NCBI GenBank assembly: GCA_021414065.1
Contig: JAIOPE010000161.1
Location: forward strand, 1 to 40,299
Length of the DNA: 40,299 nucleotides
DNA from: Planctomycetota bacterium
Lineage (GTDB): Bacteria; Planctomycetota; JAJSAM01; JAJVHW01
Direction: 5' to 3'
The position numbers and the translations under genes are program-made. Of this stretch, positions 15,069-25,047 are shown in pieces; the first letter of the stretch is position 1, and each line of letters starts with the position of its first letter. The notes under the pieces are model-generated. The model had not been told where the DNA came from. It was given only the letters and a program-made list of their open reading frames with translations, and did no database searches.

Positions 15069-15779
15069 GTGAACGCACCGCGTCCATCTCCTCGAATCCA
15101 CGCCGTCCTCGGCATGCACCGGAGCGGCACGAGCTGGCTCGCGGGCAGCCTCCAGGAGAAGGGCCTCGAGCTCGGCGAGGTCTCGACCCGCGAGCAGCAC
15201 AACGTGAAGGGCAACCGCGAGAGCGCGGCGCTCATGGCCGTTCACGACGGCGTGCTCGACGACAACGGCGGGTCGTGGAAGAAGCCCACGTTCCCGAACC
15301 GCTGGAGCGACGCGCGCAGGGCCGAGCTCGCCGCGTTCATCGCCGGTATGAACGCCGACTACTCCGCGTGGGGCTTCAAGGACCCCCGCGCCCTTCTCGT
15401 CTTCGACGAGTGGGTCCGCCAGGTGCCGGCACTCATCCGCGTCGGCATCTACCGCCACCCTGCGGCCGTCCACGCGTCGCTCGCCGCGCGCAGCGACCGG
15501 TTCGACACGAAGCGCTCCTTCGGCCTCTGGGAGACGTACAACGCCCGCCTCGTCGAGGAGCTCCGTCGAAGCGCGTTCCCGCTGCTCCGCTTCGATGTCC
15601 CGCAGGACGAACTCCTCCGCGGTCTCGATGTCGTTGCGCGCGAGCTCGCACTTCCGCACGCCGACGTGCCCTCGACCTTCTTCGAGCAGGGACTCGTCCA
15701 CAACGAAGCCGCCGCCGAGATCCCGAAGAACTGCAAGGCGCTGTGGGACGAACTGGAGTCGCGCCGTCTGCGAGTGTGA
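15069..15779 (+). CDS. Sulfotransferase family protein (PAPS-dependent); GTG start
   Basis: RIHAVLGMHRSGTSWLAGSL phosphate-binding loop (5'-PSB) typical of sulfotransferases; ~236 aa. Confidence 0.8.
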   Translation: MNAPRPSPRIHAVLGMHRSGTSWLAGSLQEKGLELGEVSTREQHNVKGNRESAALMAVHDGVLDDNGGSWKKPTFPNRWSDARRAELAAFIAGMNADYSAWGFKDPRALLVFDEWVRQVPALIRVGIYRHPAAVHASLAARSDRFDTKRSFGLWETYNARLVEELRRSAFPLLRFDVPQDELLRGLDVVARELALPHADVPSTFFEQGLVHNEAAAEIPKNCKALWDELESRRLRV

Positions 15780-16044
15780 CTGCGGTCCCGACTGCCGCCG
15801 CGAACCGCGCGCGGTCTGAACCTGCGCGCCTCGACTCCTGTTAGACGCTGAACTTGCTCGCTGCTCGGCGATCTGTCGCGACGGCGAACGGCACAGGAAA
15901 CCGTACTTCTCTCGCATGACGTTCCAACCAGCGACCGACTCCGCACTGGAGTCGGCGCGGACCGACGGGGCGACGACCTCGCGCTCGTGGTGACGTACTC
16001 GACGCGTGGGGATGCGTTCCGACTGTGCAAAAGGGGGGGGGACC

Positions 16045-18024
16045 ATGTTCGAACACCCGGCGCTCTGGACACTCATCGGTCTGGCTTTGTTCCTCGTGGC
16101 GATCGTCGCGCTGCCGTCGTTCCGTGTGATTGGTCCGACCGAGGTCGGGCTCGTGATGAAGCGGTACGGGCGCAAGCTCCCCGGCGACAACCCGATCGCC
16201 TTCGACGGCGAGGCCGGGTATCAGGCGGAACTGCTCATGCCCGGCGTGCGGTTCCGGTCCTGGCTCACGTACCGCGTGCAGAAGTTCCCGTGGGTGCAGG
16301 TGCCCGCCGGAGAGATCGGCGTCGTCATCGCGCAGGTCGGCGCGGCGGTGCCGCAGGGCGCGAAGTCGGCCGTCTACCGCAAGGAGTTCGGGAACTTCAC
16401 CGACCTGCCCGGCTTCGTCCACGGCGGCGGGCAGAAGGGCGTGCAGCGCCGCGTGCTGGCGCCGGGCTCGCTGCTCCCGCTGCACCCGGTCGCGTTCATG
16501 GCGATCACGAAGGCGCGGGTCTACGGCCTCGCGGCGTCGCCGGAGATCGAAGAGCGCGCCGTCAACCGTGTGCTCTCCCCGGAGGCGTTCAACCTGCGAC
16601 CCGACCAGCTCGACGTCGTGCGCATCGCACCGCGCGTCGCCGAAGGCATCGGCGAGAAGCAGGACGTCGTGGGCGTCGTCACCACGCTCGAAGGCCGCCC
16701 GCTCGCGTCCGGTTACATCGCGAGCCGCCTGGGCGGCTTCGCCGACGTCGAAGCGCTGGAGCGCGCCGACCCGAATGATGACGCGCGACTGATCGACGCC
16801 CTGTTGGGCGACAGCAACCACCTGCACGACAACTACCAGGACATCCAGGCGTTCCTCGACGCCGGCGGCGAGATGGGCCTCCAGCACGACGTGCTGCGCT
16901 ACGGCGCGTACAACCTGAACCCCTTCCTCGTGAAGGTGGAGATCGTGCCGATGCTGGTCGTGCGCCAGGGCGAGGCGGCGGCGGTGAAGGCGTATGTCGG
17001 CCTCTCGACGCAGGACACCTCGGGCGCCGAGTTCAAGTTCGGCTCGCTCGTCCGGCCGGGCCACCGCGGCCTGTGGCGCGAGCCGCTCCGCACCGGCAAG
17101 TTCGCGATCAACCCTCGCATCTACCAGGCCGAGATCGTGCCCACCGCGATCCTCAACCTGAATTGGGCGAAGGCTGTCTCCGCAGCGCACAACCTCGACG
17201 CGAAGCTCGAGGCGATCATCGCGAAGAGCAAGGAGGGCTTCGTCTTCAGCATCGACTTGCAGGTGCTGATCCACGTGCCCGACGCGAAGGCGCCGCGCGT
17301 GATCTCGATGGTCGGAACGATGCAGAACCTCGTGAACGAGGTGCTGCAGGCGGCCGTCGGCAACCTGTTCCGCGACAAGCTCGGTTCGATGCCCGCGATC
17401 GAGTTCATCGAGACGCGCGGCCGCGTGCAGCAGGAGGCGTTCGAACACATCCGCACGCAGCTCGAGCGGTACGAGGTCGAGGTGCGCGGCGTCTACATCC
17501 AGGACGTCATGCTGCCGCAGGACGTCGTGAAGGTGCTCACCGAGCGCGAGATCGCGAACCAGGAGATCGCGACGTTCCGCATGCAGCAGAGCGCGCAGTT
17601 GGAGCGCGTCAACATGGAGAAGGCGAAGGGCACGGCCGACATGCAGGCCGACCTGGCGCGTTCCGCCGTCGGCGTGGACATCAAGAGCAACGACGCTCGC
17701 GCCCGTGAGAAGGAAGGCGAGGGCGAGGCGGCGTACATCGAGCAGACGGGCCGCGCTGCGGGCGCCGAGGTCCGGGCCGTCGGACTCGCGCGCGCCGAAG
17801 CGTACGAGCGGCAGGTGGCCGCGCTGGGCCAGAACGCGACTGCGGTCGTCAACTCGATCGAGGCGCTCTCGCGCAGCGGCGTGTCGTTCGTCCCGCAGGT
17901 GCTCGTGGCGGGCGGAGGTGGAGGCGCGCTCGAAGGCCTCGCGGCGACGCTCATCTCGCACTTCAAAGGGCCAGCAGCGCTCGCCGCCCCGGTCACGCCC
18001 GACGCCACCCCCGCGGGGGCGTGA
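16045..18024 (+). CDS. Flotillin-like SPFH/band-7 domain membrane protein (YqiK/FloT-like), 659 aa
   Basis: N-terminal transmembrane helix, SPFH core, and C-terminal EA-rich coiled coil (EREIANQEIATFRMQQSAQLERVNMEKAKG); the Shine-Dalgarno sequence is a G9 homopolymer. Confidence 0.85.
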   Translation: MFEHPALWTLIGLALFLVAIVALPSFRVIGPTEVGLVMKRYGRKLPGDNPIAFDGEAGYQAELLMPGVRFRSWLTYRVQKFPWVQVPAGEIGVVIAQVGAAVPQGAKSAVYRKEFGNFTDLPGFVHGGGQKGVQRRVLAPGSLLPLHPVAFMAITKARVYGLAASPEIEERAVNRVLSPEAFNLRPDQLDVVRIAPRVAEGIGEKQDVVGVVTTLEGRPLASGYIASRLGGFADVEALERADPNDDARLIDALLGDSNHLHDNYQDIQAFLDAGGEMGLQHDVLRYGAYNLNPFLVKVEIVPMLVVRQGEAAAVKAYVGLSTQDTSGAEFKFGSLVRPGHRGLWREPLRTGKFAINPRIYQAEIVPTAILNLNWAKAVSAAHNLDAKLEAIIAKSKEGFVFSIDLQVLIHVPDAKAPRVISMVGTMQNLVNEVLQAAVGNLFRDKLGSMPAIEFIETRGRVQQEAFEHIRTQLERYEVEVRGVYIQDVMLPQDVVKVLTEREIANQEIATFRMQQSAQLERVNMEKAKGTADMQADLARSAVGVDIKSNDARAREKEGEGEAAYIEQTGRAAGAEVRAVGLARAEAYERQVAALGQNATAVVNSIEALSRSGVSFVPQVLVAGGGGGALEGLAATLISHFKGPAALAAPVTPDATPAGA

Positions 18025-18057
18025 GTGCGACTGCCCCGGAAGACTCCATCGTCACGT

Positions 18058-18078
18058 GACGCCGCGCACGGCGGCGTC
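18058..18078 (+). terminator. Short GC hairpin after the flotillin gene (no U-tract)
   Basis: gacgccgc-gcacg-gcggcgtc; adjacent 12-bp palindrome cgtcacgtgacg. Confidence 0.3.
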
Positions 18079-18102
18079 ACGCGCGCGGCGTAGCATCGAG
18101 CG

Positions 18103-18462
18103 ATGCGCATCCGCTCGCTGTCCGCCTTGGCGTTGCTGTTGCTGCCCTTCGCGCTCGTTGCCTGCGACCACACCCGGCTCACCGGGCGGATTGTCCCCGA
18201 ACGGGAGATCGTGCGCGTCGGCGAGTCGCTTCGACTCGACCTCGAAGTGCCGCCTGAACTCTCGAACATCCACCGCGTTCTCTGGGAACTCGCGCCCGCC
18301 GATGCGGGCGAGATCCGATGGACGCGCGCCGAGACGGGCACGGCCGATCGCACCGCGGTCGTCGTTCCGAAGCGCGCAGGCGAGTTCGAGGTGCGGGCGC
18401 TCGGCTACTACAAGCAGACGAACCCGCAGCCGATCACGTCCATCCGACTCCGCGTCGAGTAG
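18103..18462 (+). CDS. Lipoprotein (119 aa)
   Basis: MRIRSLSALALLLLPFALVAC lipobox; coding-like composition. Confidence 0.6.
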   Translation: MRIRSLSALALLLLPFALVACDHTRLTGRIVPEREIVRVGESLRLDLEVPPELSNIHRVLWELAPADAGEIRWTRAETGTADRTAVVVPKRAGEFEVRALGYYKQTNPQPITSIRLRVE

Positions 18463-18464
18463 CG

Positions 18465-20222
18465 CTACTCGTCCCACACGCCGAGCAGTTCCGCGCGCTC
18501 GCGGCAGAGCGAGCGGATGGCGGCGAGGTCCTCGGCGTCGAGGCCCGATCGCTTGCCCTTGCGGACCTTCGACGGCTCGATCGGCTCCGTGAGGCCGCCG
18601 GCTGGAAGGCCCGAGAGGAATGGACCGACGATGTCCATCGGGCGCTCGACGAGGGTGCGGTAGGGCACGAGAACGACGCCTGCGCGGGGGTGTTCCACCG
18701 CGTCGAGGACGAGGCCGGCGAGGTAGCGCCACCACGCGGCGCGGCGCCATGCAGGCGACTCGATCTCGGCCACGGCTTCGAGTTCGCGGCGGCGGCGCGA
18801 CGAGATGAAGCGCTGCTTCAGTCCGCCGACCTTGAGCGACGCAACGTCGGCCTCGCGCAAGTGCTCGAACGAGTCCTTGAAGCTCGCGACGGTGTCGAAC
18901 GGATCGCGGACGCAGATGGCGATGCGAGCGCCCGGCATTGCGCGGCGCAGGTCGTCGAACCGGGCGAGGAAGCCGAGCGGGTTCTTCGCGCCGATCACGA
19001 AGTCGTCGGAGGTCACGCGCGGCGTGTACTCGGTCGCCGAGTTCGCGCCGACCGTGTCGTCGGTGACCTTGCCGTCCTTCAGCTTGTTGCGGATCGGCAC
19101 GCCTTCGACGACGTCGCGTCGGCGGTCGCGGAGGAAGAGCGGGACAGTCCATGGCGTCGCTTCGTGGCGGAGCGCGTGGGTGATCTCCTCCGGCTCGTTG
19201 AGGACGACGCAGTTGTCGTAGCGGTGGAGCAGGTTGCAGAGGTAGCTGGTCCCGCTGCGCGGGATGCCGGTGACGATGACGTCGGGCGTGACCGTCGTGG
19301 CCGCCGAGCTGCCCGACGGCGAGGCCGTCGCGACGACCGCGCGCCGCGCCGGGCGCAGAATCTCGCCCCAGCCCTCGTGTGCGCGCAGCAGGTCGCCGAG
19401 CGCCGGTTCCTCCTCGCACAGGCTGCGGACGAGGTCGGCGAGGATCGGCTCGCGGCGGATCACCTGCGGCTTGTGGTAGTGCGCGAAGAACGGCACGCGC
19501 GCGCTGTCGATCGGCTTGCGATGGGCGGGGAAGTTGTAGCGCTCGTCGAGCACGTCGGTCGCGAGGCCGAGCTTCTGCGCGGCCACGGGGAGCGCGATCT
19601 GATCGAGATTCGGGCGCTTCCGCGGGATGCCCCACTTCGCGTCGATCCGACGGCAGGCGTCGAGCCATGCATCGCCGAACCCAGCCGCAGCGTCCACGCC
19701 GATCCAGCCGGCGTTGTAGTAGGGCGGCACCGTCTCGCCGGAGACCGACGTGACGATCCGTGCCTCGGTCATCGGCAGCCCGAGCACGGCGTACGCGCGC
19801 TTCCACGCGCGGAGGTCGTCGAACGTGGCTTCGTCGGCGGGCTTGACGTGGAGGGGCAGATCGAACCGCGGTTCGTCGTGGAACGGCGAAACGCAGAGGA
19901 CGTCTCTGTCCACGAAGACGAGCTTCGCCGCGTCGCACGGCACGCGCAGGCACGAGACCTTGTTGCCGATCGGGTAGTCGTCGGCGATCTCGTTGCGGAT
20001 CGGTGCGACGCGCACTCCGAGCCGTGCGAGCAGAGCACGCGTCGTCTCGGGAAGGGCGCCCCAGCGCTCCGCAGGCTCGGGAACGCACGCCACCACCTCG
20101 CCCGGCACGCGCAGGTTCCGCCGGAGCGAGGCGGCGAGCAACGCCGCTTTCACCTCGAGCTCGCCCGCCTGGGCGACGAAGAGGAACGCGAAGCGTCGCG
20201 ACGCGGAACCGGAACCGGCCAT
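18465..20222 (-). CDS. Putative bifunctional GT8-like glycosyltransferase / sulfotransferase fusion protein (585 aa)
   Basis: N-terminal half has LVFVDRDVL (DxD) and YYNAGWIGV (compare GT8 YFNAGVLL); C-terminal half has the sulfotransferase P-loop VTGIPRSGTSYLCNLL. Confidence 0.8.
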   Translation of the reverse strand: MAGSGSASRRFAFLFVAQAGELEVKAALLAASLRRNLRVPGEVVACVPEPAERWGALPETTRALLARLGVRVAPIRNEIADDYPIGNKVSCLRVPCDAAKLVFVDRDVLCVSPFHDEPRFDLPLHVKPADEATFDDLRAWKRAYAVLGLPMTEARIVTSVSGETVPPYYNAGWIGVDAAAGFGDAWLDACRRIDAKWGIPRKRPNLDQIALPVAAQKLGLATDVLDERYNFPAHRKPIDSARVPFFAHYHKPQVIRREPILADLVRSLCEEEPALGDLLRAHEGWGEILRPARRAVVATASPSGSSAATTVTPDVIVTGIPRSGTSYLCNLLHRYDNCVVLNEPEEITHALRHEATPWTVPLFLRDRRRDVVEGVPIRNKLKDGKVTDDTVGANSATEYTPRVTSDDFVIGAKNPLGFLARFDDLRRAMPGARIAICVRDPFDTVASFKDSFEHLREADVASLKVGGLKQRFISSRRRRELEAVAEIESPAWRRAAWWRYLAGLVLDAVEHPRAGVVLVPYRTLVERPMDIVGPFLSGLPAGGLTEPIEPSKVRKGKRSGLDAEDLAAIRSLCRERAELLGVWDE

Positions 20223-20324
20223 GAGTTCGATGATGCCCCGGTGCGCCGGAGGAACCAAGCCTCCTGACGCCGCGGGCACCGCGCGTGCTGAAAGCGCCGC
20301 TTCATTGCGCGGCCGCCAGGCGCT

Positions 20325-20735
20325 ATGCTCCTCGACCCCATGAGCGACGAGGAATCTCCCGACGACGTCCCCACGGCTCTGAACCACGTCCACCTGATCG
20401 TGCGCGACCCGGATGCGGAGATCCGATTCTTGACGCAGGCGCTCGGCTTCAAGCGCGATCCGTCGCATCCGTCGTTCGTCTGGCTCGGCAACATGCAGAT
20501 GACGGTCTCGAAGGGCGAGCCGATCCGCCACGCGCGGTTCCACCTCGGGTTCCGGATGAACTCCACGGCGCACGTGGACGCCCTTCGGACACGGTTGCAG
20601 CGCTTCGGCGTCGCTACGACCGAGCCGTCAGCCGACGGCTCCCACTACTCGTGTTACTTCACGGACCCTGCCGGGTATCGCTTCGAGATCCTCGCCGAGG
20701 GCGGCATCTCGGCCCTCGGCACGCTGCCGGAGTGA
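20325..20735 (+). CDS. VOC/glyoxalase-family protein
   Basis: HVHLIVRD...FLTQALGF...FEIL pattern of the glyoxalase/bleomycin-resistance fold; 136 aa. Confidence 0.75.
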   Translation: MLLDPMSDEESPDDVPTALNHVHLIVRDPDAEIRFLTQALGFKRDPSHPSFVWLGNMQMTVSKGEPIRHARFHLGFRMNSTAHVDALRTRLQRFGVATTEPSADGSHYSCYFTDPAGYRFEILAEGGISALGTLPE

Positions 20736-20794
20736 CACGTCCTCGCCCCGCGACCGAACCCGGCGCCCGCACGCGAATCAAGGAGAGTTTCCTC

Positions 20795-22267
20795 ATGAAG
20801 TGGACCACCCAGCGGACGCGCGGCCTCGTCGTGGCCGGCGTCGTCGGGACAGGAACTCTGTTCCTCGCGGCGGTCGGGCCCGTCGCTCGGGCCGGCGATC
20901 TCGACCTGCCCGCCCAGGAGAAGACGCTCGAGAACGGTCTGAAGATCGTCGTGCTCGAGGACCACTCGATCCCGAACTGCGCGATCAACATCTGGTGGCG
21001 CGTCGGCTCGCGCAACGAGCACGTCGGCGCCACGGGGCTCGCGCACTTCTTCGAACACATGATGTTCATGGGCGGCGCCAAGTACGGCGACCAGTTCGAC
21101 GTCGTGATGGAGAGTCAGGGCGGCTCGAACAACGCATTCACCACGTTCGACAACACGACGTACCAGGACTGGTTCCCGACGACGGGGCTTCCGCTCATCC
21201 TCGACATGGAGCGGGACCGGATGAGCGGCATGGTCTTCTCGACCGAGAAGGTCGAGCACGAGCGGGAGGTCGTCCACAGCGAGTACCGGGGCGACATGGA
21301 GGATCCGGGCGCCCGACTGAACGAGTTGTTCCGCGCCACGGCGTACACGTCGCACCCGTATCAGTGGGACGTGCTCGGCTGGGAAGCCGACATCAAGAAC
21401 TGGAAGCAGTCCGACCTCGAGGAGTTCTACACGGCGAACTACGCACCGAACAACGCCACCCTGGTGCTCGTAGGCGACGTGAAGGCGGCGGAAGCGTTCG
21501 CGGAGATCGAGAAGGCGCTCGGCGCGATTCCGCGCAAGGCCGAACGGCGCCCGATCCACACGATCGAGCCGGAGCAGAAGGGCGAGCGGCGCGTTGTCCT
21601 CGAGGACGCGAACGCGTCGCTGCCTCAAGCGCTCTGCGGGTGGCACATCTGCAAGACCGACGACCCCGACTTCCCGGTGCTCGAGGTCATCGAGGACATC
21701 CTCCTCGACGGCGAGTCGAGCCGGTTGAATCAGGCGCTCGTCGAAGCGGAGGGACTCTGCCTCGGCGTGGGCGGGGGGTGGCAGGGGCACCAGTTCGACG
21801 CGAGCCTCTTCACGGTGGAACTGACGATGCGTGACGGTCTCGACACCGCCACCGGCGAACGCCGCGCATACGAGGAGATCGCGAAGCTCGCCAAGGACGG
21901 CCCGACCGACCGCGAACTGCGCCGCGTGAAGAACAAGAACCGCGCGGAGTTCGTGCGCCGTCTCCAGACGATCGACGGCAAGGCGGCGATCCTCGGCGAG
22001 ACCGACCTCTTCTTCGGCGGGTGGAAGAACCTCTCGAAGCGGATCGAGCGGATCGAAGCCGTCACGGCCGACGACGTGAAGCGCGTGACCGCGAAGGTCT
22101 TCACGCAGGCAAACCGCACCGTGGCCACGCTCGTCAATCCGACGAAGACGTTGCACGGACCGGCGAAGGCCGCGGGCGGACACGAGGACGCCGACGAAGA
22201 CGATGAGGACGGCGAGGACGATGAGATGCCGGAGGGCGCGAAGAAGCCCGGCGGGGAAGGCCGATGA
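20795..22267 (+). CDS. M16 family zinc metallopeptidase (pitrilysin-like), active subunit
   Basis: HFFEHMMFMG inverted zinc-binding motif HxxEH; signal peptide; AGGAGA Shine-Dalgarno. Confidence 0.9.
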   Translation: MKWTTQRTRGLVVAGVVGTGTLFLAAVGPVARAGDLDLPAQEKTLENGLKIVVLEDHSIPNCAINIWWRVGSRNEHVGATGLAHFFEHMMFMGGAKYGDQFDVVMESQGGSNNAFTTFDNTTYQDWFPTTGLPLILDMERDRMSGMVFSTEKVEHEREVVHSEYRGDMEDPGARLNELFRATAYTSHPYQWDVLGWEADIKNWKQSDLEEFYTANYAPNNATLVLVGDVKAAEAFAEIEKALGAIPRKAERRPIHTIEPEQKGERRVVLEDANASLPQALCGWHICKTDDPDFPVLEVIEDILLDGESSRLNQALVEAEGLCLGVGGGWQGHQFDASLFTVELTMRDGLDTATGERRAYEEIAKLAKDGPTDRELRRVKNKNRAEFVRRLQTIDGKAAILGETDLFFGGWKNLSKRIERIEAVTADDVKRVTAKVFTQANRTVATLVNPTKTLHGPAKAAGGHEDADEDDEDGEDDEMPEGAKKPGGEGR

Positions 22268-22659
22268 GCCGCCCGGCCTGGCTTGTGGCCGCGGCCGCGC
22301 TCTCTGCGTGCGCGTCTCCCGACGTCGATCCCACGCAACCCGGACTCGACGACGCGCCCGCGACGGTCGGCCTGGCGAGCCCGAGCGGCGGCGACGGGAC
22401 GCGCACGTCGCCGGCCGTCTCGACGAAGCCGGCCGTGCGCGACGACTACGCCTACTGGCAGCGTCTCGACGACGAGGCGACGCTTGAGTACACGACGGCG
22501 AACGCGTTCCGGATGCTCGCCGTGGCGACCGGCAACCACGCCGCAGCCGGCGAGGCGAACCTGCGTCACGACGCAGCGTTCGAGCGCCACATGCTGTACT
22601 CCGTGAAGGCCAATCTGGCGTGGAACCGCGAGCACGGCGTCCGGGCGGGTGCGAAGTGA
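22264..22659 (+). CDS. Small putative lipoprotein lying between the two M16 peptidase genes
   Basis: ATGA overlap with the upstream stop and TGATG overlap with the downstream ORF; AAAALSACASP lipobox; GC3-rich. Confidence 0.5.
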   Translation: MSRPAWLVAAAALSACASPDVDPTQPGLDDAPATVGLASPSGGDGTRTSPAVSTKPAVRDDYAYWQRLDDEATLEYTTANAFRMLAVATGNHAAAGEANLRHDAAFERHMLYSVKANLAWNREHGVRAGAK

Positions 22660-22724
22660 TGCGCCGAGACGCCGCGCTCCGCGGATCGGATGCCGCAGCC
22701 CTGATTCGTGACGGAGGTTCGTCG

Positions 22725-24224
22725 ATGTCACCCAGGTCCCGCTCGCTTCTCAAGCAGTCGTTGTGCGCGCCGCTGGTCTGCGCCGTGGCCGCGCTCTCGG
22801 CGTGCGCGTCCGAGCCGCGTGCTCCCGAAGTCTCGACCACGGCCGACGCGGCGCCGGTCGAAGTCGTTCCCGCCGCTAGCGCGGCGGCCCCGGCGGTACG
22901 GCGGTCGCTGCTCCCCACGAGCACCGACTTCACGCTGCCGAACGGGATGCGCGTCCTGCTCGTGACGGACCACGAGATCCCGCTGGTCTCGTTCACGCTG
23001 CGCTGCGCGGGCGGCAGTGTCGAGGACCCCGCCGGCCGCGAGGGCGCGGCGTCGATGCTGGCGACGCTCCTCACGAAGGGCGCCGGCGCCCGCGACGCGA
23101 AGACGTTCCAGGAAGACGTCGAGTTCGCCGGCGGCACGTTCGGCGCGGCGGCGGGCCAGAAGTGGACGACCGTCTCGTGCGACTTCCTGAAGGGCGACCT
23201 CGACCTCGCGTTCGAGCTGCTCGGCGACGTCGTGATGCGCCCGAGGCTCGATCCCGACGAGTTCGAGAAGGAGCGCGGTCTCGCGGTGGACGGGATCGCC
23301 GCGGAGCGCGAGTCGCCGCAGTCCGTCATCGGCCACTACGCGACCACATGGACGTTCGGGCGCCACCCCTACGGACGCAGCCCGGGCGGCGACGAAGCGT
23401 CGCTCGCTGCGCTCACGATCGACGACGTCCGTGCGGGGGCCGCTCGGCAGCTCTCTCCGAAACGCGCGTGGCTCGCCGTCGCGGGAGACATCGACCCCGC
23501 CGACATGCGCCGCCGCATCGAGGCTCGTTTCGGTTCCTGGGCGTCGTCGTCCGGGCCTGCGGCGCCCGTGCCGCCGTGGACGGGCACCGACGGCGGCCGC
23601 GTGCTGCTCGTGGACGCTCCGACGTCGCTCCAGACCTACTTTCGCTTCGGCAATCTCGGCTTCGACTGGAAGGACCCCGACTACGCGGCGCGCTGGCTCG
23701 CGAACACGATCCTCGGCGGCCGGTTCACGAGCCGTCTGAACCGCGTGCTGCGCACGGAGAAGGGGCTGACCTACGGCGCGAACTCGTTCTTCGACGACGA
23801 CCGCAACGGTCTGTTCGTCGTCGCCACGTACACGGAGGTCGCGCGGAGTGAGGAGTGCGTGACGCTCGCGGAACAGCTCTACCGGAAGTTCATCGCGGAG
23901 GGCATGACGCAGGAGGAACTCGACTCCGCGCGGACGTACTCGAAGGGGCAGTTCGGCCCCGGTGTCGAGACCGGTTCCCAGCAGGCGGCGATGCTCCTCG
24001 CGCTCGACCAGGAGGGCGTGCCCCGCGACGTGATCGCCGGTCTCTTCGAGCACTTCGACTCGGTCACGCTCGACCAGATCAACCGCGTCATCAAGACGCG
24101 CTTCCCGAAGAAGCTCGACTGGGTGGTCGTCGGCCCGGCCGCGACCTGCCGCCCGTTCGTCACGAAGCTCGGCAAAGTGACGGAGTGCAAAGTCAGCGAC
24201 CCGGGCTGGGGTCCGAGAGAGTAG
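22725..24224 (+). CDS. M16 family peptidase, non-catalytic partner subunit
   Basis: M16 fold signatures without HxxEH; signal peptide MSPRSRSLLKQSLCAPLVCAVAALSAC; GGAGG Shine-Dalgarno. Confidence 0.85.
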   Translation: MSPRSRSLLKQSLCAPLVCAVAALSACASEPRAPEVSTTADAAPVEVVPAASAAAPAVRRSLLPTSTDFTLPNGMRVLLVTDHEIPLVSFTLRCAGGSVEDPAGREGAASMLATLLTKGAGARDAKTFQEDVEFAGGTFGAAAGQKWTTVSCDFLKGDLDLAFELLGDVVMRPRLDPDEFEKERGLAVDGIAAERESPQSVIGHYATTWTFGRHPYGRSPGGDEASLAALTIDDVRAGAARQLSPKRAWLAVAGDIDPADMRRRIEARFGSWASSSGPAAPVPPWTGTDGGRVLLVDAPTSLQTYFRFGNLGFDWKDPDYAARWLANTILGGRFTSRLNRVLRTEKGLTYGANSFFDDDRNGLFVVATYTEVARSEECVTLAEQLYRKFIAEGMTQEELDSARTYSKGQFGPGVETGSQQAAMLLALDQEGVPRDVIAGLFEHFDSVTLDQINRVIKTRFPKKLDWVVVGPAATCRPFVTKLGKVTECKVSDPGWGPRE

Positions 24225-25047
24225 ACGCGGCCGACCGGCAGTCGCGCTCGAGTGCGGCCGCGAGCACCTTCCTGTCGCCTCCGACGCGTGGCGGGTGGAT
24301 GGTCACTCGCACGTCGATGCGCTTGAGACCCAGCAGACGGAGCACGTGCGCGCCGAACGGTGTCTCGTCGGCCCACGCGACCTCACGCGCAACGCTCGGT
24401 GCGTCCGGGCCGTCGCCGAGCGTCTCGGACGGCAGCGAGTACGCGAGCGAGACCGCGGCGCAGCGCAGGCCCCGGACGCACGCGGGTTCGAGCAGCGACG
24501 ACCGGAACGGAAGGACCGTTTCGCCCGTCCCGGCCCGCCCCTCGAGGAACACGACCACCCGGAAGCCGCGGTCGAGCCAGTCGCCGGCCTCGCTCCCGGC
24601 CCGCGCGGCGTCGCGCTTCCTCGACCGGTCGATGTAGACCGTCCCGCCGAGCCGGGAGAGGGGGCCGATTCCAGGCCACCGGGCGACGTCGCCGCGGGAG
24701 ACGAACACGGCGTCGGCGACCGACGCGAGGACCAGGACGTCGATGTACGACAGGTGGTTCGGGCAGAGAAGCACGGGGCCCGCGGGGACCGAACCCGTCA
24801 GCGTCACGCGGAGGCCGAAGACGGGGCACAGGACGCGCGCCAGGCCGTGGAACGCGCGCGTGCCGGATCGGACCACCGCCTCCCGCCGGCCGAGCGTCAC
24901 GACCGCGGTGAGAATCGGTCGCAGTGCGAAGATTCCTGTGAGGACGACGGCCCAACCGAGCCTGGCCCAGGCTCGAAATCGGTCGCGGGGGGTGACGGAA
25001 CCCGGCGGCTGCGGTAGGGTTTGCAATCTCGCGGAGGGTATCTGCAT
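24193..25047 (-). CDS. 1-acyl-sn-glycerol-3-phosphate acyltransferase (PlsC family)
   Basis: NHLSYIDVLVL (HX4D block) and FLEGRAGTGE (FPEGTR block); N-terminal transmembrane helix; GGGAGGG just upstream of the ATG at 25047. Confidence 0.8.
   Translation of the reverse strand: MQIPSARLQTLPQPPGSVTPRDRFRAWARLGWAVVLTGIFALRPILTAVVTLGRREAVVRSGTRAFHGLARVLCPVFGLRVTLTGSVPAGPVLLCPNHLSYIDVLVLASVADAVFVSRGDVARWPGIGPLSRLGGTVYIDRSRKRDAARAGSEAGDWLDRGFRVVVFLEGRAGTGETVLPFRSSLLEPACVRGLRCAAVSLAYSLPSETLGDGPDAPSVAREVAWADETPFGAHVLRLLGLKRIDVRVTIHPPRVGGDRKVLAAALERDCRSAASTLSDPSPGR

Noticed and set aside
15841-17961. 706-aa ORF on the minus strand
   Set aside because: Antisense to the flotillin gene; no motif; Arg-rich artefact.
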